This document shows, one piece after another, positions 49,511 through 63,429 of a DNA stretch of 64,000 nucleotides (within the stretch, counting starts at the first letter, position 1; every line of letters starts with the position of its first letter). Source of the stretch: Phoronis australis. Its lineage: Eukaryota; Animalia; Phoronida. The notes beneath the pieces are model-generated. The model ran no database searches, had not been told where the DNA came from, and was given only the letters and a program-made list of their open reading frames with translations. The stretch covers positions 106,170 to 170,169 of the forward strand of contig NMRA01000490.1 in assembly GCA_002633005.1 (NCBI GenBank), given 5' to 3'. A program made the translations under genes and the position numbers.

Positions 49511-51349
49511 TGATGCAAACATGAAGCTCAAGGGTACGTTCACACCATGCATCGTAATATGCATTTCCAACAATTTCCTGTAGAACACTCACGTTGCACT
49601 GTTATTTTTTTCCTTCACGTCTACCCCAGAATTTTTGTGTTTCTCTCTGAATGCCTTGGGCGTTAGATCAGAGAAGAAGGGATGTCTTCACAGGTGAGCT
49701 ATTACCAAGTTGTCATGAGATGTAACCACAGGTTTGCATGAAGGTAGTAACAGGGTAAATTGATCTACTGCTTGTAGATAACCAATAAAATCCAAATTAA
49801 ATTGATCACTAATCTGCTTGGACTTGAAGGTATTCAGGCTTTCAACAAAAGTAGCGAGCAGTTTTGCCAACTAGAAAAACTAGATGTGTAGTTAACGATG
49901 AAGATTTTTAGTCATGATCACCTTTTCGGAATGCAGGTTCAGCCATAGTTTGTTCTCACAAGGTAATTACTTTGACATGGCTTCTCGTGAGGTAATTACT
50001 TTTACATATAAAATAACAGCCATTTTATCAAGGGCGAGTTCCTCAAAACCAAGATGTATTAGTCTTCTGATATCACACAAGTGCAAGGCAAGATTTTGCA
50101 TGACTTTGCAGGCAAACATTTTGCTATCATATGCTGATTAAACACATGACACTTTTCGTTATTGACAGTCATCTCTTGGTCAGTTACTTCATCAATGTCC
50201 CGTTGAGTGTAGAGTTTTATTCCCAACAGATGAACGAAACGAAACGGAATTAAGACTGTCAATAACGAAAAGTGTCGTGTGTTTAATCAATTCTTCATAT
50301 GGAAAACTTGCTCCCGAAGTACACCTAGAAAAACCAGGGTCACCACCAAAGTGAATAGGTACATAGGTTGTAATGTTCAATACCAGAGAAACCAATCCAC
50401 TACTTCCATTGAATGAGCCTGTTGAGATTTCTGCCTACAAGTCCTATGAATGGCTGGCACTATGGAAATGGCCCCTGCGTGGCTTTCGGTAACTTAAAAT
50501 TTACGTACATCCTCAACTGAAAATCTATGGTAACACAATGTGGTGGACATCAAATGAAAGCATCATTTCAAAGTTGTATATCGTGACCACCAGTTTTCTG
50601 AGAAATTGTGGGCATGATTGTAGCACTTGTAATATGGAGAAAAAGCAATTTTTGTCCAAAATTGGTTAAATTTCACCATATGAATTTGCATGTCATGTTA
50701 CCGTTGACTACCCTCTGTCTTGTCTACTATTTCAAACTGTACTTTGGCCTTATCCCCAGAATCCACCCCTCCACTTCCCAACAAACATACTCGCTAACCT
50801 TACAAAAGCAAAGATGACAGTTCCCATTGGAATTAATTGTAGGCCTACTCAAAGTCAGTTTTCAACTGTACCTAAGTCAGCATTGTTGCACACACAGCAG
50901 TAAATAAACAAGCAGACGCTTTGGCTGAACCTGGAGTTGCAAGTTTTCTTTCAGGGAGACTTTTAAGTCAGGAGGAATTTAAATGCACAAAAATCAGGGC
51001 CAAAAGACACTGAGAATCAAAACAGAGCTATAAACTTGAATGCAAACAAATTTACCACTGTTTAATGGTTAACCTTCAATGCTGTGAAAATCAACATGTT
51101 GTCATCTGCAATGTGGCTAAAAAACCCACGCCTGAGGATGCAGACATCTTTCAGTTCACTACCTTGTTATTGTGGTAATTTTCTGTTATTTAAGTACAAA
51201 CGTCATTTTTGAGTTGCAAAGACCTACTTAATCTCGTTGCTAAGCAATTCAGGCAAATTTCATCACGTGTTGTTTCTTAGTGTGACAGTGTTGTGCTGGC
51301 AATGTTTGTGTTCAGTTTGGACACTTAACAAATCTAGTTTAAGGACATA

Positions 51350-51840
51350 TTGAGAGTTAGGGTTATATAGGTCATATATCATTGACCAAATCTGTCGAAC
51401 TTCAAAACAATCATTTCTCAGAAATGGCAGGTTGGATTCTCGTGCAACTTTCAGATGCTCAATGCTTTATGCATTGAGCATCTGAAAGGCTGCCAGCAAT
51501 TTTTTAAAACGTTACACTTTTGAATGTGGGTTATCAAGAAATAGGGTTTTCATGATTTTTATGAAAAAAATTTAAAGTTGCATACACCAAAATGAAATAT
51601 TTTAGAAAATGGTAACGAGTGGTAAAAGTGATTTCACCTGGACTATTTATATAAACATTTGGCTGTGCTGTTGATAATGCTGTTTTCCTATGAAAGTGTC
51701 TTTCTTTTATAAATTTCACTAAAAAGCCATACATGGTCATGTAGCATAAAGTCATATATGGTCATGTAGCATAAAGCCATATATTGTTATGTAGCACAAA
51801 GCCAAAAATCAAATTCTACAGGCTTCATACTTTCACAAAA
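51350..51840. mobile_element. Reverse copy of the 8245-9190 repeat family with an internal 3 x 25-bp tandem
   Basis: AAGCCAAAAATCAAATTCTACAGGCTTCATACTTTC is the reverse complement of the family block. AAAG.CATA.AT.GT.ATGTAGCA occurs three times at ~51723-51802. Confidence 0.65.
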
Positions 51841-51860
51841 TATTCTTTTGCCGAGTTCAG

Positions 51861-53240
51861 GGCCCGGTCTCCAATCTCCGTACTCAGACTCGTACTCATA
51901 CTCGAGATTTCATACTCAAAATCGTGCTCACAAGAGTCGTACTCAAAAAAGCGTATCTAATGTCGCATTTCGAGTAGACTCCACACGTACTCAAATCTGA
52001 CACTCGAGTTGCTATGGAACTCTTTATGATGTGAAATGCAAAATCACGCAAAGCCGCGCTGATTCATCGCTCGCTATTGGAATAGACCACCCCAAGAACT
52101 AGGCCTACATTATCGTCTGCTGTCGCTACAACTACAAGAGTATGTCTATAACGTGGAATTCTGAGTGTTCTGTAACTGTTTATTCATTTTTTAGTTTCAA
52201 TAAATATTCTCATGCCATTTCTTTGATACATTTGGCAATTATTAAGCTTTACTTCTTGAGTTCCTCACCCAGTCCCGAAAATGTCTTAAGAAATATGTAA
52301 CAGCTTATCACATTACATCTCTGTTGCTAACTTAGTCTTGACATAAACCCATTGCTGTGTAGGCCTACCTGATGTCAAACTTTGATACTGTATCTTTGTA
52401 TTTTACTGGGATGTATCAAGTGAGTTGACATTTGGCACTGAGTTAAAAAACAATACTTGTGCAGGCATTCAGAGTTCACCAGTGGCACTGAACGGGACGA
52501 GACGTTTACTTAGAAATCGGCAAACAAAATCTGGAATTCCATTTGTGGATTGAGGAATTATTGATGACTAAGTTATGATGAGAAATGTACCTGACAGGGA
52601 AGCGAACTTTTTTTAACTTCCCTCCCCTCCTCGTCTTTTGGAAACCCTACAAAACGTAGGCACACATACTGAAATAAGGGCAGCACAAACTTCTCACACG
52701 ATTTTTCCCACAACTGCTTTCGACGCTTGTTATGACTCGCCGACAAGGGATTACAATGCGCCTGTTGCCAGGAATTGTAGAGGTAGAATGGCGGCCATAA
52801 AATACAGTGATACGGTGGGTTAATAAGGTGAAGAATAAGAAGATTTAAGATGAAAACTATTATCTCTGAACTGCAATTGAAGTGCTGAGATACGGTAAGA
52901 GGACTTATTTTTTACGGATTTGCTGTGTTTCTTGGTACCCTTTCGATATTTTGTTCTCTGGCTCGTATTTATTTTCGAGCACGATTTCAAGCACACTGCC
53001 ATACCAAACTTGAAATTTGAGCATAGACTCCGAATTTTTACTCAAAATCGTACTCGAAATAAAGATGAGATACACTTCAGTTCGAGTACACTCGAAAACT
53101 GAGTACGTGCTCGAAATTTCGAGTACAGATTTTTCGAGTATGACATTGAACACACCAAAGCTGAGTCTGTACTCGAGTTGAGTATGAAGTGTGAGTTTGA
53201 GCATAATTCGAGTCTGAGTACGGAGATTGGAGACCGGCCC
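51861..53240. mobile_element. PIF/Harbinger-type non-autonomous element (CAG TSD), 1380 bp
   Basis: CAG|GGCCCGGTCTCCAATCTCCGTACTCAGACTCG ... CGAGTCTGAGTACGGAGATTGGAGACCGGCCC|CAG. TIR family related to 14787-15191. Confidence 0.88.
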
Positions 53241-53515
53241 CAGGTCAGATCTTAACTTGTATATATATGGCTGAATGCACATACTTGTCAATAACGTCTT
53301 ACATAACCTTAAACATAACTGAAACATTTGATGGTCAGCCTTCTGTATTGGCCTATATACATCCTCACATCAGAGCCAAGGATACACCTTGCAGTTATGC
53401 CAAATATTACTGTTTGTTTTCTCTCACAACTTGAAGTGTGATGGTGTTTGGTTTGAGCAGCTTCTAGTTAAGAAGTGACCTGGATTATTATTCACCTATT
53501 AAAAGTGACAACTAG

Positions 53516-54105
53516 GGTCTATTTCATGAAACTGACTTGAGACAGAGGTTTGGTCTTACCTACCACTTAATAATGGATAGGAAAAAGGTTTAGCTCACTG
53601 ATCATGAGTGCATCACAGGTCTAGAAATAATTTACAGAAATTGTCAGTCTCCGTAATTGGCTGTTAGATGTATACCGTATTCTCAGCAACTTTACACTTT
53701 TTTGCTCTAGTGAGATTTGATTCCAAAATAGTTATATGGAGGATAAGACTGAATTTCTGACAACTCCTACATAACATTTGGGATTTTGGTACACCAACAC
53801 TAAGTCAATTTTTGGCTTTTATACAAATCAAGAGTGAACTTGACCTTGAATTCTCAATATTATCGAAAATAAATAGGATCTTTTCATGCATTGTCCCTAA
53901 CTTAAGGACTAGGTCCTACTTATTTTCATAGAATTCAGGGCTCGGTTTCTAGTTACATTATTAGAAAATATCATTAGTCCAAGAGGAGCTCTTAATAAAG
54001 ATGAAATGATATATTACATTTGTGAGTAAAGAAAGACACAAATAGGCAAAAGATTTAGGGAACTTAGTTAAGTCCCTATTTGGGACTGTTTCATGAAATC
54101 CACAC
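53516..54105. mobile_element. Harbinger-like MITE
   Basis: GGTCTATTTCATGAAAC ... GTTTCATGAAATCCACAC imperfect TIRs, with internal TAAGGACTA/AGTCCCTA motifs. Confidence 0.5.
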
Positions 54106-54670
54106 TGGTCCCTTCGGATTACTCGCCAACTCAAACTCGCAACTTAGCCCAGTTATGTTGCATTATTCCAGTACAAATGCTGTAAAGTAACTCAAAGTGT
54201 GCCATGCAATTGGTCAGTTTTCAAGTTTCAAGTACTGAGATTAGATCTGATGACAGAGTCAGGAGTTTGATATTGTTGAAATCTAAGCAAAACATTAATG
54301 CTACTTGGTCAATACTAACCATGGAATACACAGCTGTCATGAAATGCAACTTGGTAGCAAAGACGTTAGTATGTAAAAATAGAAAAAGCCTTTTAAAATA
54401 GAAACAAAAATAGAAAAACCATTTGGTAATTATTTTGCACCTCCAAACTAAAGATTTATTGGATAAACATTCCCCACTTACAACTCTCTGGGGGGGTACT
54501 TTGAGAATATAACTTATAATGACGCAAACAGAGCAGCATTTGAAATGTTTATTCGACGCTGACATAAACTCATGAATTGAGGGTTGAAACTGCAGGAAAC
54601 TATTAAAAGTTATTGAAACGATGACGGAGTGCTATTGAAACAAGAGAAGGTGTAGCAGGGATTACAACTA

Positions 54671-55121
54671 CACCGGGACCCTAGGACCCACGTTCCAAAA
54701 GTTTTGGTGTTTCAGAGTTTTCTGCGGACAGGTCCCTGCAACAAGTGAGTATAAGGAAATATTTTCACACATACACCCATGGCGTATAGGTATGTAGGGA
54801 AAAAGTAAACATAGCTGGATCATAAAACTTTCCCTAGTTTCATAAAAAAATGGATTTTAAAACCAGTGACTCAAGTAAATTTTCGACTCATACCTTTGGA
54901 AACAATCACATATCGACAGTGCTGTGTGTTAAGACTGTTGATTACAGTTTGAAGAACTGGCTTTAGTCCACACGGAGTGTATATTTGTTGCACATACACA
55001 CTTTGGCATGTATTAGGAATCAACTTTAGGTACTTGATGTGATATTTTCTAAATAAACACCATGGACTCTGGTGTACTTCAATGTTTTGGTGTCTGTGAA
55101 AACTAGGACTGGGTACCAGTG
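54671..55121. mobile_element. Possible CAC-terminated MITE (Chapaev/Transib-like termini)
   Basis: CACCGGGACCC ... GGGTACCAGTG. No clean TSD. Confidence 0.35.
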
Positions 55122-55691
55122 TTTAGCTGGCACTTTATCAATGGGAAACTGTGAAACTGATCTTTTGGGAAAATTGGAAAAAAAATGTTACAAAAACTAG
55201 TAACATTTCTCTATGCGTTTCCTCACATTTTGAATCATATCAAAACGCTCTATTGATAATTTAGATATTTTAGAGATGAAGAAGTAAAAATTATCATTTG
55301 CATCTGTGTGCGTGCGTGCGCGGGTGGTGCCTGCTTTAGGACTCCCTCTTTTTTGTAATAGTGCAGATGGCCACTCAATAAGCACATCAGTGATTCATGC
55401 TAGATATTTACGATGTTGACAATTCACTCATAAATCACTCACAGTAAAAAGTCTAAACACTCCCTGGTGCATTGGTAAGTAATGAAAATGCATTCTAGAA
55501 ATGTCACATACCAATATATGAGATGAGGAAAAAAATCTCATAGATCAAACAAAATTTTTTGATCAAATATAATGAAAAAAAAGTTCTGATATTAAATTTC
55601 AGGCATTCAGTCCAGCTGGTCATGTTTGCGATTATGATAAATATCTAGAAAAACGCAAAACGTTGAAATGCGCCTACAACTGTGTAACACT

Positions 55692-55775
55692 AGTAGTATC
55701 AACAGCAGCAGCAGCAACAGTAGCAGCAGCAGCAACAGCGACAGCGGTAGCAGCAGTAGGAAGCAGTAGTAGTAG
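55692..55775. repeat. (CAG)n/(TAG)n microsatellite, probably the 3' tail of a minus-strand LINE
   Basis: On the minus strand it follows AATAAA (TTTATT at ~55783) at the end of the LINE relic. Confidence 0.85.
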
Positions 55776-58700
55776 TTATACACTTTATTCACATTCAGAC
55801 AAAAATATATTTAATGCAAATTTAATCTTATAGAGACTAGGTGAAGGACCCAAAGGGTCCACTGACCACAGAGCCACAAGAGAAAAATTACAATGCCACA
55901 GATAATCAGAATTACAAAATTAGGTGATAATGCAATTTAAAACAACACGTTGAAAGTCTAGGAAACCTTATAAAATATAGCTGCGCTCAAAGCAGGTGGG
56001 AATAGTGCACTCAAGTTAATAACTTTCAAAGCAAATGTTTTTAAAATAATTTATAACAGAAGATAATGAATGGATAAATTTTTTTGAGAAACACAGGAAG
56101 GTTATCAATGATATTAGGTAAGGCAATGCCAACTGAATCTTCTGCAAATGATTTAATAGAACAAAAAGTGTTTAGAAGATGCTGTTGCCTAGCGTAATGT
56201 TCATGAACAGACCCACAGGTTTTTAAAGTCCTTCTCTCAAACTGCCCATGTGGTTCCAGTATCCGAAAATACTTACTACATAAATTCTTATTTTCGACAC
56301 CCTTTCTTTATATTCTTTTCGCCTTTCTTGCCAAAAGCGATTTTTTAACAGTATTTGACCCTTCTCTCTGAGCGTATGATTACCGGTTGTCATCGGTTAT
56401 TTCCATACCCACATTTCCGGCTCATCAGGTCAGGAACTTGTCCTGAACGCCGCCATTTTTTCCTTGTAACTGAATGTGCTATGGCTTGCTCGAAAAGTCT
56501 TCATTATTTTATTTTATTAGTAATATGTCGTGATTCGTTTGCATATGTAGTGTAGTTATAGTTTGTAGTTAGTGGTCGTTGATTTTTTTTGGAATGTTAC
56601 GCGTACTTAGTATGTTAAAATAGCATTGGTGTTCAGTTCCTTACCTAGGCCGGTCGAACCTAGGAACCAATATGGGTCGAACCAATTTTTTTTCGGTTTT
56701 ACTTTTTTCCTCGTTTTGAAAAAGTACTTTGCTATCATCGGAAAGGTAGTACATTCTACTCAGTAAAAATCGAAAAAGTATCAAAATCGGGGCAAGCACT
56801 GTAAAGTCATTGCAAGTTTTGTGGCGAAATTTGGGTCACTTTGTTTGGATCGCGTCGGCCATATTGGAGGACAGCGGGATAAGTTACGAGTTTAAAACTT
56901 TGTGTAAATTGTTTTCGCCAACAAAATACAGTGAAGTTTAGTTAGACATATCTTTACTTACTATTCTGCACGATTTAACAGTGTTCACCAAATTTCAGCC
57001 TCGCAGTTACTCATTAAGTGATAAATGTGCTCACAATTCCCGTTGGACTTCGTCTCATTTCTGGCGGCACCAACAACATGGCGACTTTTGCTGAACTGAA
57101 AGGCATGTTCAATCGGCTACTTTGTAATTTGTGAAGATTTAACGTTGGTACATTTTGACAAACGTTGCTACAAAAAAGAAACTTTGTTCAATTTTCTTGT
57201 TTTTTGTGCAAAAATATAACATGTATTCGAATTATTTCAGGTTATCAAGTCAACAATATGAATAATCTTAATTTGAGAAATAAGCTATGTTGGATTGTGA
57301 AGCTTCAAGCCTCTAATTCTTGTTCCTTGCAACTTCATATTTTTTTAAATGATGCTTGTCAAATTCTGGTGTAAGGAAACATTATTCTGTCACCATGGTA
57401 ATAGTTAGTTACATGTATGTCCACTTTCATATCATGGAAACTGTTCCTGTTGAATAGTGTTTGTAATGCTAAATGTTGTAAAGTATTGTGCATTTTCAGT
57501 TACTTATTATGTTGGGTTAATGAATAAAAATTGATAACATGTTGTATTGGACTTGTCATACTTAAAGATAGTAAAAGATAGACATTCCCAAAAATTCCAG
57601 CCCCCCCATTCTTTTAGGCTTATGGTGCGCTCATACAAAGTCTGGGAAAATCTCTATTGAAAGCCAACAACTTTGCACAGTTCGCCAGAAGTACCCAAGT
57701 TCTAAATAAACCTCGTTTGAGCGAGCGCTGTGGCCAGCGACCAGTTAGGCCTAAGGGTAGCCTTGGCGCAAAGCTGTATAGGCCTACTAACAAGCTGTAT
57801 TTTGACGATAGTCTTTACTGGTAGCTGGTGACTGAGGCTAACTAAGGTCTGCCGCGGCAGTGTGACACAGGACTAACCAGCCGTAATTTCATGTGTCTGA
57901 AACTACCCTTCAATATATGCAGCATTTATGATTTGACCATTTTACTTCGACAAAACAGCTTGCAACCGCATGCATTTACCGTTCGCCAGTGTCTGGTCTC
58001 GATCCGCACCAGGTCCGATAGGCTGCGGTCCGAGTCTGGCAAAATAATTTCTGTCAAAATTTATTCGCCACATTTCTTCAGCAAATTCCATAAAATTGTC
58101 CGTAGTTTGATTTTATCAAAATTAAGGCGCGCTGTCGATTATTTTATCCCCGTTTGCTGGCTGGTAACAGTACAGGCACTGCTACAGTCGCACTGACGGC
58201 GTTTTCTCGGCCTGGGTTCTTGAATGAATTGTACTTCCGGGTTCGCGGCAAGTTCAAAATGGCGGTGGTTCTTCGGGTGCGAATCGTGAGTGGTGCGTTC
58301 ATTTAAACTTTTTTCGAGTATGGATCGTGTATTAGTTATGGGGTAGGTACTTCTTGGATCCCTATAACATCTTCTAACCATGTAATAAGGGTAAACAACG
58401 TGTGAGAGAAGGACTTTAAATTGATCATGTTAAAAAATGAAGGTAGATATTTATGAACATACAAGTCCTTAACTTTGACTATGTGTGTAGTATTAAATAA
58501 AGGATTTGTATGGGCATTAAAACAACTAGAAGTTATAATATGAATAACCATTTTCTGCAATTCGAATATTCTATGACGTTCACACCCCCATAGAAAATGC
58601 CATAATTAAAATGAGGGAGGACAAGACCAGAGTTTTCAGAGTTTAAAAATGGCAAGAAATATTTATTGTTATTAAGAACACTACAGAATCTGCTTATGGT
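55776..58700 (-). mobile_element. L2/CR1-clade LINE 3' relic split by a Kolobok-type insertion
   Basis: The minus strand reads VLPHFNYGIFYG and LQKMVIHIITSSCFNAHTNPLF...IVKVKDLY (58420-58630). It resumes below 56222 with SVHEHYARQQHLL and ALPNIIDNLP. Confidence 0.75.
56227..58415. mobile_element. Kolobok-type non-autonomous DNA transposon (TTAA TSD), 2189 bp
   Basis: TTAA|AGTCCTTCTCTCA ... TGAGAGAAGGACT|TTAA, a perfect 13-bp TIR. Partly CpG-rich interior with no transposase ORF. Confidence 0.85.
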
Positions 58701-58864
58701 GTATACTTCTAGGGATGGTCATCTATGTATTTACATAACCGTGACATAATAAGGTCACAAGAGGATACAGCAATAGTCGGTGTGTTTAAAACAAGGTAAT
58801 AGGACCTTTGGGATTTCACAGACACTCGAATCTCACTGTATTTACCCACAACTTCATAAACATC

Positions 58865-59100
58865 CGCCTGGCACATTTACTGCCTTGTTCGTGCCACTGG
58901 ATTTTCACATGTTATTTGTTATTGTCTGATTCATTATTTCTTGGTTGCATTACTCTATTCATCCTTCAAATGCCAACAAAGTATTACTGCTGTGCTGTGG
59001 ACTGCAAATCCCATGTGAGAAAGTTTAATAAATTGGCCGTACCCGGCCTTTCTTTTGAGGCTGAATTTTACTAAGAAAACATGGTTACCTGATCCAATTG
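58865..59100 (+). pseudogene. THAP-domain transposon relic, copy A
   Basis: ATG at 58970 gives MPTKYYCCAVDCKSHVRKFNK. The upstream DNA is homologous to 63430-63540. Confidence 0.6.
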
Positions 59101-59212
59101 ACGGCAGATTGGCAAGCTTTTTGTTTTGAGAAAATATAATGCTTTTACTAGAGTAAAATGCAGATATTTGACTAAAGACATATGTTCGAAAAGTCCCACC
59201 TACACACATCCT

Positions 59213-59555
59213 ACCCTAAAACAACTTGCAGTTGTGCAACTTACCCCACCTTAAGGTGGAGCGTCCATACACACATATCCGATAGCTGCGATAAGGTAGG
59301 ACTTGACGCTCTGTGCATGACAATGGACACTGGACACTGAGGTGAAGCAATAGGCAGCTAATTACATCTGCCATGTCCCAGTTTTGTGGCCACATAGTGA
59401 TTAGAAGTGGGACAGGTTTACCCCAGAACAAGTAACCCTACCTCGATAAGGTGAAGTAAGTGGTCACGTGGAGTAAGCTACGCTAGTTTAAATCATGTCC
59501 ACACAGCCCTCAAACCTAGCGATAACTTGTTCCAGGAGTAACTTGTTCTAGGGTG
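59213..59555. mobile_element. MITE, uninterrupted copy of the 30215-31075 family
   Basis: ACCCTAAAACAACTT ... AACTTGTTCTAGGGT. Confidence 0.7.
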
Positions 59556-62500
59556 AGTCTGTTTGTGGACAGCAATAAACTAATAGCCAAATTCAGACCT
59601 TTTTCTACGACCGTAAGCTACCTTAACTGAACAGCTAAATTGGCTAGCTGATCTGCGATGTACTGCGACATTTCATAGGAAATGGTCATTGTTGTTTCAT
59701 GTGACTGACTTATGTTTGAAATGAATTTCAGGAGCGTCACTCTAGGAATTTAGGGTAGGCCAACCCCAATAAAATTCACAATTTTCCGATGCTTTCCTTG
59801 ACCTGTTGCCGAAGGGTTTGTATGTTCTTTTTAGTAACTTGATTTTTGAGGCTGATTTTATAAAATAAAAGGTCTAATTGTATTTTTGTCTTTAGCAACC
59901 TCAACAACGGGAATGTACCTTTAAATGTTTGTCTGTTTACCACACAATCATTATACATCTCTGCACCTTGATTGCAAATTTTCAATTTTTATTTCCATTT
60001 TGCCAAAAGCGTGCATTTATCAACAAAACATTCTCTATCACTACTTAATAATCTCCCAATACTGTATCACATCTGACTTTCTATGATCAATTGCTGTCCC
60101 TAAGATCTAACCTTTTGACATTAAACTTATGTTACCCACATGCTCAACCATATCATTACTTGGCTGTCAATTACCACTTGAAAATAGGTTAATTTTTACT
60201 TTGTCAGCCAGTAGTTTAGCCCCTACTGTCAAGAAAGATATATTTTTCAGATGTTGGATGGAGGCAAGATCATTGTTTCAGCTTGTGAATACATGTCATG
60301 CTAAGATTGGAATGATGACAATTGGCTTTCCTCAAAATCCAACTGGTGCCTCCTGGTTTGGTAATTGGCCAGATTGTGTTGCATGCTCAGCAGACTTAAT
60401 GAGGAACACAAAATGGCAACATTATACAAACGTTTTAGGTAGTAAACGTCACATTTCTTGCCGGACTTTCAATATTCAAAAACTTTATCACGCATATTTT
60501 TCAGGAGCTACTCAAATATGCTATCTAAAAACTTTCAAAACAAAAATTTAAAAATACCATTGGTGTGTTTATGATGGGTCTAATTATCTAGAAAATGATA
60601 ACTTAAGCACACAAGTGCCTGCAACTGCATGGTGTCGTTCATCTTTTGCTGCAATCATTCCGCGGTACACAAACGAGTCAAGTTGCCCAATCTCGACCGG
60701 AGGGGGTGTAAAAGCGCGATTCTTTTCATGTACAATGCAATTAGCTTGAATAGCAGTACTGTAGCCGTAACACCCTTGTAGAAACTCTGGTGCTATGACC
60801 TGTTTTTTGGGGATCGGGTGTCGTACACGATTTGTCGTCTGAGATAGAGCACACTTGATTTCGCCTCATAGGAAGTGGCATGTCTAGATCACGTGTTGTA
60901 TCAATAACACTATGAGATAATTTTAGGACCGCATTCCACCTTTTTAGTGCATAAAAATTTACATTGACGTGCTGCAAATACTTAAGTTGGGCAAAGGATG
61001 CATTATTTTGTCACTGACATTCAAATTTTAACACAAGGACAATGCAGAGCAACTGATGAAAACTACTTAATGTCAGTGACCAAAACAACAATGTTTGCTC
61101 CTGATGATGGCTGCCCTATACTCAGTAACACCTTTCCCCTCATAGCATCTGATAAATGGCATATACAATTATCATAGGATGTAGACAAATGTCATCTGTC
61201 AATTGTACAATAGTCATGTGGGACAATCAGATCATTTAGACCAGTTTTGCAGAATGCCTTTGACCGATGTCCACGGGTGGTCCAAATACATTCTGTAGCA
61301 TTCAGCTCTTTATCACAGACCGTTTTCTGTATACCATAGTTTCAAAGAATATTCTTTTGGGAACAATTTCTGCACGTGCATTATGCATTGAATGTAATTA
61401 ACGAAAAATAAAAGGTGTAAGGTTCAGTATGAAACAATTATTCTTTTCTATAGCATGAGAAATAGAGAGAGTATACTTGGCTGTGATAGTCATCAACAGA
61501 TTAATACCCGTAAGTGTATGCATACAATTACATTGGATGACAGTAGATAGATGATGCATTAATCAACTGTCTGGGTTTACAGTCTAGTGGTTTTTAAAAC
61601 ATCTCTGGTTAAAATGGTGAATGCCATCATAACACTATAAACAATAGTTGTCCACCTGCGTATTAGGCCACATGGTCAACAGGAAGGTGATCAAACCTTC
61701 GATTAACATTAATATATAGGAAACCCCTCCATTCCTTAAAACTAAATGCATTATCATAGCTGACAGACAGAATATATTAGAAGTCAATAGTCAGTGACTG
61801 AGCGGGAAGAGAGATTAGGGGGAGGTCCAGTAAACCATTTCATGGTGGGTGGAAGTCATGGGTTAAGAGCTGCAGCCTGGTTACGATAAAAATTCTTCAA
61901 TTTTGGACTAAAGTAATTGCTAAAATCGCCACATTTCTATTTTAGAAGTTTACCTCATTGGCGCAAATGCTCAAATTTTTATCAAATTTTGTTCGGTAAT
62001 TGTTATGCAATACAAACCATGCTAAAAGCAAAGTAACTTTTCTTGGAAAGTTATTTTGGTTGAGAAATTTTAACAATTAGAAATTTCGCCAGTCTCCACC
62101 ATATTGTGTCCCAATAGTATTATTGCTATTGAGTGACATGAATGACTTTGATTCCAAGAATGTACGACTCTTTCACGTATAAACTGTGGAACTTGATCTC
62201 ATAACGAAGGATAGATACATTACCAAAATCAATGACGTTCTGAGTAGCCTGGCTAACAAAGTGATGGCTGTCGTGTGTTGGTTTGTCCACAGCACTACTG
62301 AAATGGGGCGTCATCAAGACAACCTAAAAGTCTGGGCACTCCTCAACACCAAACAGACACAAAATTACTGTGATCAAAGTAAAAAGTATACCTTCGTTCT
62401 AAACACAATCCTGGGTAATAGCTACTCCCCAAATTTTCTATTTTCTATGGAACAAAAATTTATATTCGGTGTTCATATCTTGACTCAGGAGAGAAGGACT

Positions 62501-63429
62501 TCATTTTTATCCTGTTTATTGACGATTCAAGCAACAAACTAAAAAGGCAAATTCAATTGTCCTGTAACAAATTTCCCATCAACAAGGTTGTTGGTGTTTA
62601 TTAAACACCCCTAAATTGTCAACAAGACTGCCTCAACTTAAGTGTAAAACACTGTACTTTGACTGCAGTAATGTTTATCATCACCTTCATTTCTATAGTT
62701 GTCCAATGGGGATGAAATACAAATGTCATACAATACTTTAATATCAAATTAACATTTAGATGTCTGCCCTTTTCCCATCACGTTAAATCGTTAAGTCCGC
62801 TCTAGCAATGCATTGATGCTGCGAAGTTCACTTGAACTTTAAATTTCCCATTAGTTTCTGTAGCTAAGGGACATTATAATTATCCCAGCTGATGCTGTAG
62901 TCATTGAAGTCACAATAAGGTTGTGTACCACGGTAGGACCTTCATTATTGTCACAGCAGTGACCCCTGCCAATAACATGGATGGACACTGAAGTTGAGTA
63001 ATCACATTGTTGAATTCACCAATTTACTGAGTAGTGAACTTCACCAGTTTTCTTCAACCAAAGACTCAATTTCTGAAAGTTGGCCCGTGGGTGGATATGT
63101 AGAAATGACCTTTGAAAAATGTCAAATGAAACCAAATATACACCTGGGTGTATTTTCAGAAAGGGGCATACTTTCAGAAACTGTGCCAAACATTTTATGA
63201 CGCTGTTTTTGTTAAGCATTAACTATGAAGTTTTATAAAAATAAACAAGTCCTTGTATCTTACTGGCAAGATTTTTCATATATAGGACATACTTATTTTT
63301 CATTCAGCAAACACCACAACCATTGGGTGTACTTTTGGTGAATGTTCCATCCATGGATGTACTGTGGGTGACAGTAGTTTTGAAAATTCCCAGTATTTAC
63401 TCTCATCTTAAAATGAATGCATTGACATT

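Noticed and set aside
55607-55792. Leu-rich ORF resembling a signal peptide or TM segment
   Set aside because: It is the translation of the CAG/TAG microsatellite.
60590-60865. ~90-codon open frame on the minus strand in a CpG-rich patch
   Set aside because: No recognisable motif or convincing splice boundaries. Cannot be supported without a search.
61101-61152. C/D box snoRNA (TGATGA...CTGA)
   Set aside because: Only ~50 nt, no terminal stem, and no recognisable rRNA guide.
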